Positions 37,801-50,600 of a stretch of DNA of 64,000 nucleotides are shown here, piece after piece (the first letter of the stretch is position 1; each line of letters opens with the position of its first letter). The notes under the pieces were generated by a model. It did no database searches, was not told the DNA's origin, and worked only from the letters and a program-made list of their open reading frames with translations. Position numbers and translations under genes: made by a program. Origin of the DNA: Dicyema japonicum (lineage: Eukaryota > Animalia > Dicyemida); assembly GCA_011109175.1 (NCBI GenBank), contig RDEW01000012.1, forward strand, positions 392,762 through 456,761, given 5' to 3'.

Positions 37801-38285
37801 GCACAATAAACCGGACATTGTGGTACACGATAAGGAGTCTGGCCAAGTCCTTATCATAGAGGTTGGCATCACGTCTCAAGACCGTTTGCAGACTGTGGAG
37901 GTGGAGAAAAAAAGGAAGTATGACTTTCTTGCAAACGAGATGGGGCAGATGCTTGGTTGCAAGGTCCTCGTTATTCCTATAGTAATGACGTGGGAAGGAA
38001 TTGCAACAAAGTACCACAAGGGTTATCTGAAGCAGTTGGGGGTAGATAGGAAGCTCCAGGCCTATCTACAGTCCACTGTGTTAAAGCGGACCCTAGAGAG
38101 CCTGACACTGGAGTATAGGAGGCAGAGCCCTGAGATGCCATATGGGCAGAGGGTTCAATTGGACAAGGCGCTCTCGGAGTTGTTTCAGCAACCGGAATCG
38201 AACCTGCCTGAGGAGGCTGGCGAACAGGCAGGCGAGGAAGGTTGTTGATTAAATATATTAACTTTTTTATTGTTTGTTAAATAAA
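34840..38285 (+). mobile_element. R4/Dong-clade non-LTR retrotransposon, nearly full length (RT + CCHC + PD-(D/E)xK endonuclease)
   Basis: WKTTGVDK, DYRPITCMPTLYK, WVDVKKAYDSV, RGILQGDSMSPLLF, LFIDD, YKYLG, ERLYLPR...GRGL, CPHC...HLATRC, RHNEVV, KPDI...IEVG...EKKRKY. Broken by a few 1-bp deletions. Confidence 0.93.
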
Positions 38286-38298
38286 GTGTTACCTCATA

Positions 38299-39670
38299 AT
38301 GTCACGCTTGTTTGTTAAGACATCTGTTGAATATGATAATCTCAAAATTATTCTGGAAGGAGGCTTACCTACTGATGTGCCTGCATATGCTATGTGCAGG
38401 ATCCGAAAAAAGTCCAAGAGCTTCGTTCTTAAAGGAGGATGAATGTATCTAAAAGACCCAGAAGGCGATAAATTGGTTATTGTTTCGGACAACGTTGAGG
38501 AAATGAAGTTTGTCGCAACTCAAATTCATGATTTAACACATTGTGGCCAAAACATCCTAGAAACATATTGTAAAGAACGATATTTTTTGTGAAAAGAGAT
38601 GTATTTCGCGATGTTGTTTCCAGCTGTGAGACATGTCTTTTTGCCAGAAGTCCTAATGAATATGAAGAAAATCATGTAATTGCAAATCGGCCCAATGAGA
38701 GATTTCAAATAGATTTAATCGATCTTAAAAGGTATCAATTTTTTATATTCTCTAGGTTTAGAGAGTATAATGATGGTTATTCGTGGCTTTTAACGGCTAT
38801 TGATATTTATTCAAAATATGCTGTTACAAAAAGCTTAAAGAAAAAAAGTGGTTTGGAAGTTGCTGACAACCTTGAGGATATATTCATGGATTATGGACCA
38901 TGTTTATATTTACAGTCGGACAATGGCTCCGAGTTTAAAAACTCACATGTCACTGCAATTTGCAAGAAATATAACATTATTCAAATTCATTCACGTCCAA
39001 ACAACCCACGTAGTCATACAATTGAATTATTTTTATTTTAGGAATTGTAGAAAGATTCATCAGACAATCACTCGAACTTTGTCGAAGATGTTGTTTGATG
39101 ATCCAAATAAATGTTGGAAAAAACAGATTAAAAAAGCTGTCCAATTTTATAATCTTAGTTATCATAGTTCAACAGGTTATATGGCCTTGTATATAAATTA
39201 GGTGACAATCAGTTTCGTCGTTACAGAGGCATCAAAGGATTTAATCCAATTCTCCCTGTAGGCTATATTGAAAAAAATGATGAAGCAGTTGTGAATGGTT
39301 TGAGAGTTAAGCGAAAATTTAGAAACTCAAATTGAAACAGAGAGATTCGTTAAATCAAGTGGAGAGGCAGGTTATCAATTTTTTATTATTTCATAGAATT
39401 TGACTTCATGCATTGTCCATTAGATTTGAATTCCCTTATTTCAAAAGAATGAACAGAAAAATGGGTGTTCATTGCTCAAAATACTCATTCGAGAAAGGAG
39501 ATGAGGTTAGTTAATTACATTGACAATATAGGTTTGCGCAAAAAAAGACCATGAGACAAATCCCTCGCTAAAGTTAGGGAAATTTGAATTTCCCTACAGT
39601 GAAAAAGTGAAAGTCGTAGATATATTGTCTAACAAGCGAATGGCTCTTACCTTGTTTAGTTAGTTGGGGT
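38299..39670 (+). mobile_element. Ginger/TDD-like DDE integrase transposase with short spliceosomal introns (pseudogenised)
   Basis: HHCC (HDLTH...CETC), RFQIDLID, LTAIDIYSKY, LQSDNGSEF, HSRP..P, IVERF, YNLSYHS. No RT, RNase H or protease adjacent. One in-frame stop and indels. Confidence 0.82.
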
Positions 39671-39795
39671 TTTGCGAATAAATTATGTTATCTGTTATTA
39701 TATAAGAAACCTACATTGATTTTCTACATTTCTACAGTAAATTCTACATTTCTACAGTAAATTCTACATTTCTACAGTAAACTTCTACAGAATAA

Positions 39796-40875
39796 ATGGT
39801 TAAGAAAACAAACACCAAGATACCTGTATTAAAACCAGCAAAAAGCACTAAAGTGAAGAGCTCTTCTCGTCCTCCGGGAAGTGCTACTACTGAATCATTC
39901 TCTCCAGAGAACAAGACTCCACATAAGGCTGAATTTGTTAAACCACCGAATGTCATTACAATATACGATCCCAAAGATATATCTAAATATACGGATGAAC
40001 TAATGAAATCCGATCATTTAGAAAACAAGACTATATTAATTACAGTGAATTCTACTATGAATGCAATTAAAATCGCAAATGTTTTACAATACTATGACCA
40101 ATACGGATCTATGAGAATGAGCCACAGAGGACCGGGCTCTTTCCGTCTGGACTTCCGAGACAACTCACACATGGCCACCTACATGGAGGCCATAAATGAG
40201 ACCTGTCCCTTTGGTCTGGACAACCACCACTTTAGGGCAATCTCAACCAAACCATCTGAGATTGTCCTGAGGAACCTTCCGTTCTGGGTGAGGGAGGACG
40301 ACCTCTTGGACTACCTCCAGGAGATGGGTCCCTCAACTTCGAAAGTAACCCGAATGTTCAAAGGATCGCGGCCCATGCCAATGGCGAAGGCCTCGATTAA
40401 GAATAGATCGGAAGCCACATCGTTAATACGTTGTGGTTTCTACATTGGAATGAATAAAATATCCTGTGAATGGAAGAGAAGAGGACCGCCGATCTGCTAT
40501 ATCTGTCAGCAGGTCGGTTACTTTTCATACCAGTATACTGGAAAGAAAAGATGTTTACGTTGCGCGGGAGAGCATGACATCTCCAAATGTAATACGGACA
40601 TGGATTCTGAACGGAAATGCATAAATTGCGGATCAACAAAACACGGTGCAAGGTATGAAGGATGCCCTGTGCTTGTGGAGGCCAGGCGAAAGCTTATTCC
40701 CCAAGTCAAAAATACATATCTGAAATCTATGAAAGTCATAGACGACAAAGTTGAGACACTGACACGAAAAAGAATTATTGGTTTAATGGTAACAAGCTCT
40801 CTTCAGCTAATCTACCGAAGAAATCGGTTTGGCAAACCAAAGAAGAGATATCACGAAGAATCGAAGAAGAACTAA
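39796..40875 (+). CDS. LINE ORF1 gag-like protein with three zinc knuckles (first degenerate)
   Basis: IVLRNLP; CYICQQVGY, CLRCAGEH..SKC, CINCGSTKH.ARYEGC. Confidence 0.88.
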   Translation: MVKKTNTKIPVLKPAKSTKVKSSSRPPGSATTESFSPENKTPHKAEFVKPPNVITIYDPKDISKYTDELMKSDHLENKTILITVNSTMNAIKIANVLQYYDQYGSMRMSHRGPGSFRLDFRDNSHMATYMEAINETCPFGLDNHHFRAISTKPSEIVLRNLPFWVREDDLLDYLQEMGPSTSKVTRMFKGSRPMPMAKASIKNRSEATSLIRCGFYIGMNKISCEWKRRGPPICYICQQVGYFSYQYTGKKRCLRCAGEHDISKCNTDMDSERKCINCGSTKHGARYEGCPVLVEARRKLIPQVKNTYLKSMKVIDDKVETLTRKRIIGLMVTSSLQLIYRRNRFGKPKKRYHEESKKN

Positions 40876-41020
40876 ATGAAATTATAACAAGACTGAAAGA
40901 ATTAAGCGATGCACTAGGAGTGGATTTACGGGAAATGGTGGACCTGGCCATGGAGAGCCCAGGCCACCAAAAAGAAATCTGAAAAGAAACCTAAAGGTTA
41001 GTGCTGGTGAATGCCCGCTC

Positions 41021-43640
41021 TTGGTGAAATGGGATGATGAACTAGCACTACTTATGAGGACTGCCAAGGCAGATGTCTTGGTAGTCAACGAAACGCAGAT
41101 TCGAGAAGGAAGGAATTATATTCTGGAAGGATATGATTCAGTGGACATTCCATGGAAAGATGGAGCAGTTGCTGGAACCGGAACCTCAATCTTCTTTCAT
41201 AAACTATTGCAAACTCGGAACGACTGCATTGTATTGGCCGACGATTCGGAATTCGTGTGTGTCGACGTGCGATGTGGTGGAACATGGATAACCGTGGGAG
41301 GGCTATATTCTAAGGACTTGGCCCGGTCTTCTGTAAAGATTGTTGAGTTCTTCGAAAGAAACCCAATGTCGATCCTGGTAAGAGATCTGAACGCCAAGAA
41401 CAGGGCTTATGGATGTTATGGAAACAACAGGGACGGGCGACTACTGGCATATTTGGTCGGGGAAATTGAAATCGAAGTCTTGACGTCCGAAGAACCTAAT
41501 TATTTCTCACACTATGGGGGTGATATGCTGGGATTGGCCTTAGTGTCTCCACAACTACTAGACCATGTAGACAGGCCAAGGTTACTCTGGGATATAGGGA
41601 GTGACCATATCCCTATGGAGATGACTATAAATCTGGAACCGGATATTATTGAAGACATTTTTCTGTATTATGATACCTCGTCGGTAGACTGGGAACATTA
41701 TCGTCATTATTTATCAAAGAGTATGTTAATGAAGATTAATTATTCCTTTTCTACACATAATGAGTTGGATGTTTTCAACCAAGATTTATCTAATACTATT
41801 ATGATGTATCTGCGATTATATTCAAAGAAGGTTTACTCAAAAATCCTTCCGAAAACGAATCAGTCCTGCCCTCCTTCTATTCGGAGTCTTATTCGCGAAA
41901 GGAATACTCTGAAGGCGAAACACAGACGATGTGTGTACATGTGGGACAGGATAACTTTAAAAAATAATATCGATGCTATCCAAAAAGTTCTACAGAGAGC
42001 CTGGAAGTTGTATTCCGAAAACCAAGTTAGGAAAGCAGCCTCGAAAGTGCACTGGAAGAATCCTTGCTTTTGGAAATTGTACTCCAGACTGACCAACAAA
42101 AATTTGAGAGCAAAAAACACTGTACTGGCGGATCAGGATGGAAGAACAATTCCCCTGGAAAGAGTACCGTCAGTATTCAGGAAACAATTAGAAAACATAC
42201 AGGGAGTAGACCCCGTCAGTATTATATCTGAAAAATTCTCAGAAGATATATCTAGTTCTATGGATTACTCCATAGACGATCTGAATAGTATGGTAGAGGA
42301 AATCACCTTGGCAGAAGTCAGGACTGCTACACGGGAGTGCAAAAACAAGGCTCCTGGATTTGATAGCATTCCGATGACTATGTTTAAATAAGGGTCCGAT
42401 GAATTGCTATCTGTTCTACAAAAGATGTATAACGATAGTTTCAAGCTCGGACATTCCCCTTCACTATGGAAGCATTCAATTGTAAAGATGATCCCTAAAC
42501 CTGGAAAGTCGAGGAAAGATCCTCTTAGTTATAAGCCTATAAGCCTTATCTGTTCTACATCGAAGATTATGGAACGGATTATTTTCAAGAAATTGAATCA
42601 ATATATAGAAAAGATTAATTTTCTACAGTGTTACCAATGGGGTTTTCGGCCAGGGAGATCGTGCGGAAATTGCATTCACTCTCTAAACTATGAGATTGCA
42701 AATGCTTTTGAGAAGAGGAGCCAGTTGAGCCTTGTCTGCCTTGACATCTCTAAGGCTTTCGACAGTGTATGGCACGAAGCCTTATTCTGTCAACTGGTTC
42801 GATCAAAAATTTCAAGACAAATGTTCCTATGGCTGAAAAACCTGTTGACTGGGAGGATATCAAACGTGGTGGTTGGTGGAAGATATTCCGAAGATATATT
42901 GTTTAAAAGAGGAGTGCCGCAGGGGTCTATTCTAAGCCCTCTATTATTCAACATATTTATGGAAGACTTTCCTTCTCCACAAGACGTTAGGACCAAGCTG
43001 ATGATATATGCGGATGACATCTTAATCCTAGACTCATCTCTGAAGGCCTACATCTCTGAGCGACGAATCGGGGCTTTTGTCGACAAAGTCCAGGTTTGGT
43101 GCGATAAGAGAGGGATGAAACTATCCACAGAAAAAATCCAGTTACTTGCGAATATGCAGGCTGGGTCGGCACCAGAGAGAGTCCTATACGCTACGGATAC
43201 CTAGAGTCTCTAGCCTGAAATACCTGGGGATTGCAGTGGATGGAAGAGGATCGTATCGGAAGGACATCGAGGAGCGGAGGAAGAAGGTCGTTCAAGCGAT
43301 GTTCTGCACCAGAAAACTAATGTTGGATGTCGATACAATTTTCTATATCTTCCGAATTGTGATTCTTCCAAGACTGATTTACGAATGCGAGGGATGGTTT
43401 TAAACTCCCTCGAGAGAAAGGATTCTCGCTCGCCTGGAGAAAACAAGGCGAGCGGCGATAAAAATATCTCTGGGGAGGAAATTGCATGAAAGCCTAACTG
43501 AGGAAGAGAATAGCCTTGTCAGGCCAGTAAAGAAAGATATCCAAGTCAGGTTGGGTAACCAGCTATACAATACATACTAAGGGGACGACTAAAATGGAGA
43601 TGGGATACATGTGAAGTGTCCAGGCCGGAAAGGCGGACAC
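41021..43640 (+). pseudogene. LINE ORF2 (APE endonuclease + RT), one in-frame stop at 42389-42391 and later frameshifts
   Basis: VVNET, DLNAK, IGSDHIP, KAPGFD, YKPISL, QWGFR, LDISKAFDSVWH, GVPQGSILSP, YADD, KYLG. Confidence 0.9.
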
Positions 43641-43715
43641 GATTAAAAATCCCTTAAACTAACTCCTTACTTACTTTGGAAAAAATTTGATTTGATTTGA
43701 TTTGATATAAGAAAC

Positions 43716-44312
43716 TTTCTAAAGAAGAAACAGTAGAAGCTTCAACACAGAGAAGAGAGTGGCGCTCTTAAGAAGAGAGGGCATCCACCGAAAAAACCAG
43801 AAGTAGTCAGGATAACCCTGATTAATGCCCGTTCTCATCGGAAACGGGCCTCAGTGCTGGTTGCTATAGCCAGCACGATCCAGATGGAAGTTCTAATTAT
43901 AAACGAAACTAAATTGAAGAAAAGACCATTTAAAATTGATGGATACGACTCATTAGATATTTTTTTTGGAAGAGTGGTTCTTGTGCTGGAACAGGAACTT
44001 CAATTTACTACAAAACTTATTTAAATACAAGACTACCCACGATCAATGAAGAAAATCTTTGTGAACTAGCAAGCATTCAACTACAAACAACAATGTGATG
44101 GATAACTACCGGAGGAATCTATTCTAAAAAACTACGAGAGTATCCATGGATTGTTGACAAATTTATGGAAAACAATGAATATCCAATCCTTGTTGGGGAA
44201 ATGGACGCTAAACATACTGACTATGGTTGTGTAACAACCAATCAAGATGGAAAAAGCCTTGTAAAATGGATGAAGTCTGGAGAGTTAAAGATTTTAACTT
44301 CAGTCGAAATTA
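43716..44312 (+). mobile_element. LINE ORF1-end/endonuclease fragment, near-identical in part to 2032-2368 (inverted)
   Basis: ITLINARS...INETKL; about 335 bp match the reverse complement of 2032-2368 with only about 10 differences by eye. Confidence 0.9.
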
Positions 44313-44600
44313 TGGAATTAAACTCGCACATAAATTGGATTTAGCATCTGAAATAAATGATGAATAGGAAAGAAAAACGAGAAGATTTGGTGATTTATTA
44401 CATTGCTTGTGGAAACTCGCATTGTAATTGAGGCTTTTTACGGAGAAGAGAAATACGGTGTCTCATGAGAGTGCCCCGATATAGACGACCCCAAATCTTG
44501 GCTTTCCTATTTAGTTAATGGCTCTTACCTTGTTTAGATAGCTGGGGTTTTGCGAATAAATCATGTTATCTGTTATCTATCATGATATACGCTTCATATA

Positions 44601-47600
44601 AAAGAAACAAATTTTACATTTCCTAAATGTAATCTATGAGGTAAGAAGGAAACAAATTTTACATTTCCTAAATGTAATCTATGAGGTAAGAAGGAAACAA
44701 ATTTTACATTTCCTAAATGTAATCTATGAGGTAAGAAGGAAACAAATTTTACATTTCCTAAATGTAATCTATGAGGTAAGAAGGAAACAAATTTTACATT
44801 TCCTAAATGTAATCTATGAGGTAAGAAGGAAACAAATTTTACATTTCCTAAATGTAATCTATGAGGTAAGAAGGAAACAAATTTTACATTTCCTAAATGT
44901 AATCTATGAGGTATGAAGGAAACAAATTTTACATTTCCTAAATGTAATCTATGAGGTATGAAGGAAACAAATTTTACATTTCCTAAATGTAATCTATGAG
45001 GTATGAAGGAAACAAATTTTACATTTCCTAAATGTAATCTATGAGGTATGAAGGAAACAAATTTTACATTTCCTAAATGTAATCTATGAGGTATGAAGGA
45101 AACAAATTTTACATTTCCTAAATGTAATCTATGAGGTATGAAGGAAACAAATTTTACATTTCCTAAATGTAATCTATGAGGTATGAAGGAAACAAATTTT
45201 ACATTTCCTAAATGTAATCTATGAGGTATGAAGGAAACAAATTTTACATTTCCTAAATGTAATCTATGAGGTATGAAGGAAACAAATTTTACATTTCCTA
45301 AATGTAATCTATGAGGTATGAAGGAAACAAATTTTACATTTCCTAAATGTAATCTATGAGGTATGAAGGAAACAAATTTTACATTTCCTAAATGTAATCT
45401 ATGAGGTATGAAGGAAACAAATTTTACATTTCCTAAATGTAATCTATGAGGTATGAAGGAAACAAATTTTACATTTCCTAAATGTAATCTATGAGGTATG
45501 AAGGAAACAAATTTTACATTTCCTAAATGTAATCTATGAGGTATGAAGGAAACAAATTTTACATTTCCTAAATGTAATCTATGAGGTATGAAGGAAACAA
45601 ATTTTACATTTCCTAAATGTAATCTATGAGGTATGAAGGAAACAAATTTTACATTTCCTAAATGTAATCTATGAGGTATGAAGGAAACAAATTTTACATT
45701 TCCTAAATGTAATCTATGAGGTATGAAGGAAACAAATTTTACATTTCCTAAATGTAATCTATGAGGTATGAAGGAAACAAATTTTACATTTCCTAAATGT
45801 AATCTATGAGGTATGAAGGAAACAAATTTTACATTTCCTAAATGTAATCTATGAGGTATGAAGGAAACAAATTTTACATTTCCTAAATGTAATCTATGAG
45901 GTATGAAGGAAACAAATTTTACATTTCCTAAATGTAATCTATGAGGTATGAAGGAAACAAATTTTACATTTCCTAAATGTAATCTATGAGGTATGAAGGA
46001 AACAAATTTTACATTTCCTAAATGTAATCTATGAGGTATGAAGGAAACAAATTTTACATTTCCTAAATGTAATCTATGAGGTATGAAGGAAACAAATTTT
46101 ACATTTCCTAAATGTAATCTATGAGGTATGAAGGAAACAAATTTTACATTTCCTAAATGTAATCTATGAGGTATGAAGGAAACAAATTTTACATTTCCTA
46201 AATGTAATCTATGAGGTATGAAGGAAACAAATTTTACATTTCCTAAATGTAATCTATGAGGTATGAAGGAAACAAATTTTACATTTCCTAAATGTAATCT
46301 ATGAGGTATGAAGGAAACAAATTTTACATTTCCTAAATGTAATCTATGAGGTATGAAGGAAACAAATTTTACATTTCCTAAATGTAATCTATGAGGTATG
46401 AAGGAAACAAATTTTACATTTCCTAAATGTAATCTATGAGGTATGAAGGAAACAAATTTTACATTTCCTAAATGTAATCTATGAGGTATGAAGGAAACAA
46501 ATTTTACATTTCCTAAATGTAATCTATGAGGTATGAAGGAAACAAATTTTACATTTCCTAAATGTAATCTATGAGGTATGAAGGAAACAAATTTTACATT
46601 TCCTAAATGTAATCTATGAGGTATGAAGGAAACAAATTTTACATTTCCTAAATGTAATCTATGAGGTATGAAGGAAACAAATTTTACATTTCCTAAATGT
46701 AATCTATGAGGTATGAAGGAAACAAATTTTACATTTCCTAAATGTAATCTATGAGGTATGAAGGAAACAAATTTTACATTTCCTAAATGTAATCTATGAG
46801 GTATGAAGGAAACAAATTTTACATTTCCTAAATGTAATCTATGAGGTATGAAGGAAACAAATTTTACATTTCCTAAATGTAATCTATGAGGTATGAAGGA
46901 AACAAATTTTACATTTCCTAAATGTAATCTATGAGGTATGAAGGAAACAAATTTTACATTTCCTAAATGTAATCTATGAGGTATGAAGGAAACAAATTTT
47001 ACATTTCCTAAATGTAATCTATGAGGTATGAAGGAAACAAATTTTACATTTCCTAAATGTAATCTATGAGGTATGAAGGAAACAAATTTTACATTTCCTA
47101 AATGTAATCTATGAGGTATGAAGGAAACAAATTTTACATTTCCTAAATGTAATCTATGAGGTATGAAGGAAACAAATTTTACATTTCCTAAATGTAATCT
47201 ATGAGGTATGAAGGAAACAAATTTTACATTTCCTAAATGTAATCTATGAGGTATGAAGGAAACAAATTTTACATTTCCTAAATGTAATCTATGAGGTATG
47301 AAGGAAACAAATTTTACATTTCCTAAATGTAATCTATGAGGTATGAAGGAAACAAATTTTACATTTCCTAAATGTAATCTATGAGGTATGAAGGAAACAA
47401 ATTTTACATTTCCTAAATGTAATCTATGAGGTATGAAGGAAACAAATTTTACATTTCCTAAATGTAATCTATGAGGTATGAAGGAAACAAATTTTACATT
47501 TCCTAAATGTAATCTATGAGGTATGAAGGAAACAAATTTTACATTTCCTAAATGTAATCTATGAGGTATGAAGGAAACAAATTTTACATTTCCTAAATGT

Positions 47601-50600
47601 AATCTATGAGGTATGAAGGAAACAAATTTTACATTTCCTAAATGTAATCTATGAGGTATGAAGGAAACAAATTTTACATTTCCTAAATGTAATCTATGAG
47701 GTATGAAGGAAACAAATTTTACATTTCCTAAATGTAATCTATGAGGTATGAAGGAAACAAATTTTACATTTCCTAAATGTAATCTATGAGGTATGAAGGA
47801 AACAAATTTTACATTTCCTAAATGTAATCTATGAGGTATGAAGGAAACAAATTTTACATTTCCTAAATGTAATCTATGAGGTATGAAGGAAACAAATTTT
47901 ACATTTCCTAAATGTAATCTATGAGGTATGAAGGAAACAAATTTTACATTTCCTAAATGTAATCTATGAGGTATGAAGGAAACAAATTTTACATTTCCTA
48001 AATGTAATCTATGAGGTATGAAGGAAACAAATTTTACATTTCCTAAATGTAATCTATGAGGTATGAAGGAAACAAATTTTACATTTCCTAAATGTAATCT
48101 ATGAGGTATGAAGGAAACAAATTTTACATTTCCTAAATGTAATCTATGAGGTATGAAGGAAACAAATTTTACATTTCCTAAATGTAATCTATGAGGTATG
48201 AAGGAAACAAATTTTACATTTCCTAAATGTAATCTATGAGGTAAGAAGGAAACAAATTTTACATTTCCTAAATGTAATCTATGAGGTATGAAGGAAACAA
48301 ATTTTACATTTCCTAAATGTAATCTATGAGGTATGAAGGAAACAAATTTTACATTTCCTAAATGTAATCTATGAGGTATGAAGGAAACAAATTTTACATT
48401 TCCTAAATGTAATCTATGAGGTATGAAGGAAACAAATTTTACATTTCCTAAATGTAATCTATGAGGTATGAAGAGGAAACAAATTTTACATTTCCTAAAT
48501 GTAATCTATGAGGTATGAAGGAAACAAATTTTACATTTCCTAAATGTAATCTATGAGGTATGAAGGAAACAAATTTTACATTTCCTAAATGTAATCTATG
48601 AGGTATGAAGGAAACAAATTTTACATTTCCTAAATGTAATCTATGAGGTATGAAGGAAACAAATTTTACATTTCCTAAATGTAATCTATGAGGTATGAAG
48701 GAAACAAATTTTACATTTCCTAAATGTAATCTATGAGGTATGAAGGAAACAAATTTTACATTTCCTAAATGTAATCTATGAGGTATGAAGGAAACAAATT
48801 TTACATTTCCTAAATGTAATCTATGAGGTATGAAGGAAACAAATTTTACATTTCCTAAATGTAATCTATGAGGTATGAAGGAAACAAATTTTACATTTCC
48901 TAAATGTAATCTATGAGGTATGAAGGAAACAAATTTTACATTTCCTAAATGTAATCTATGAGGTATGAAGGAAACAAATTTTACATTTCCTAAATGTAAT
49001 CTATGAGGTATGAAGGAAACAAATTTTACATTTCCTAAATGTAATCTATGAGGTATGAAGGAAACAAATTTTACATTTCCTAAATGTAATCTATGAGGTA
49101 TGAAGGAAACAAATTTTACATTTCCTAAATGTAATCTATGAGGTATGAAGGAAACAAATTTTACATTTCCTTAAATGTAATCTATGAGGTATGAAGGAAA
49201 CAAATTTTACATTTCCTAAATGTAATCTATGAGGTATGAAGGAAACAAATTTTACATTTCCTAAATGTAATCTATGAGGTATGAAGGAAACAAATTTTAC
49301 ATTTCCTAAATGTAATCTATGAGGTATGAAGGAAACAAATTTTACATTTCCTAAATGTAATCTATGAGGTATGAAGGAAACAAATTTTACATTTCCTAAA
49401 TGTAATCTATGAGGTATGAAGGAAACAAATTTTACATTTCCTAAATGTAATCTATGAGGTATGAAGGAAACAAATTTTACATTTCCTAAATGTAATCTAT
49501 GAGGTATGAAGGAAACAAATTTTACATTTCCTAAATGTAATCTATGAGGTATGAAGGAAACAAATTTTACATTTCCTAAATGTAATCTATGAGGTATGAA
49601 GGAAACAAATTTTACATTTCCTAAATGTAATCTATGAGGTATGAAGGAAACAAATTTTACATTTCCTAAATGTAATCTATGAGGTATGAAGGAAACAAAT
49701 TTTACATTTCCTAAATGTAATCTATGAGGTATGAAGGAAACAAATTTTACATTTCCTAAATGTAATCTATGAGGTATGAAGGAAACAAATTTTACATTTC
49801 CTAAATGTAATCTATGAGGTATGAAGGAAACAAATTTTACATTTCCTAAATGTAATCTATGAGGTATGAAGGAAACAAATTTTACATTTCCTAAATGTAA
49901 TCTATGAGGTATGAAGGAAACAAATTTTACATTTCCTAAATGTAATCTATGAGGTATGAAGGAAACAAATTTTACATTTCCTAAATGTAATCTATGAGGT
50001 ATGAAGGAAACAAATTTTACATTTCCTAAATGTAATCTATGAGGTATGAAGGAAACAAATTTTACATTTCCTAAATGTAATCTATGAGGTATGAAGGAAA
50101 CAAATTTTACATTTCCTAAATGTAATCTATGAGGTATGAAGGAAACAAATTTTACATTTCCTAAATGTAATCTATGAGGTATGAAGGAAACAAATTTTAC
50201 ATTTCCTAAATGTAATCTATGAGGTATGAAGGAAACAAATTTTACATTTCCTAAATGTAATCTATGAGGTATGAAGAAACAAATTTTACATTTCCTAAAT
50301 GTAATCTATGAGGTATGAAGGAAACAAATTTTACATTTCCTAAATGTAATCTATGAGGTATGAAGGAAACAAATTTTACATTTCCTAAATGTAATCTATG
50401 AGGTATGAAGGAAACAAATTTTACATTTCCTAAATGTAATCTATGAGGTATGAAGGAAACAAATTTTACATTTCCTAAATGTAATCTATGAGGTATGAAG
50501 GAAACAAATTTTACATTTCCTAAATGTAATCTATGAGGTATGAAGGAAACAAATTTTACATTTCCTAAATGTAATCTATGAGGTATGAAGGAAACAAATT

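Larger units (their letters stand above)
39711..43704 (+). mobile_element. Full-length two-ORF APE-type LINE (I/Jockey-like) with 11-bp target-site duplication
   Basis: ATATAAGAAAC at 39700-39710 and 43705-43715; 20-bp tandem repeats in the 5' UTR; ORF1 and ORF2; hairpin at 43616-43640; (TTTGA)4 tail. Confidence 0.93.

Noticed and set aside
38299-39670. LTR retrotransposon or endogenous retrovirus
   Set aside because: No gag, protease, RT, RNase H, LTRs or PBS nearby, and introns are incompatible with an RNA intermediate.
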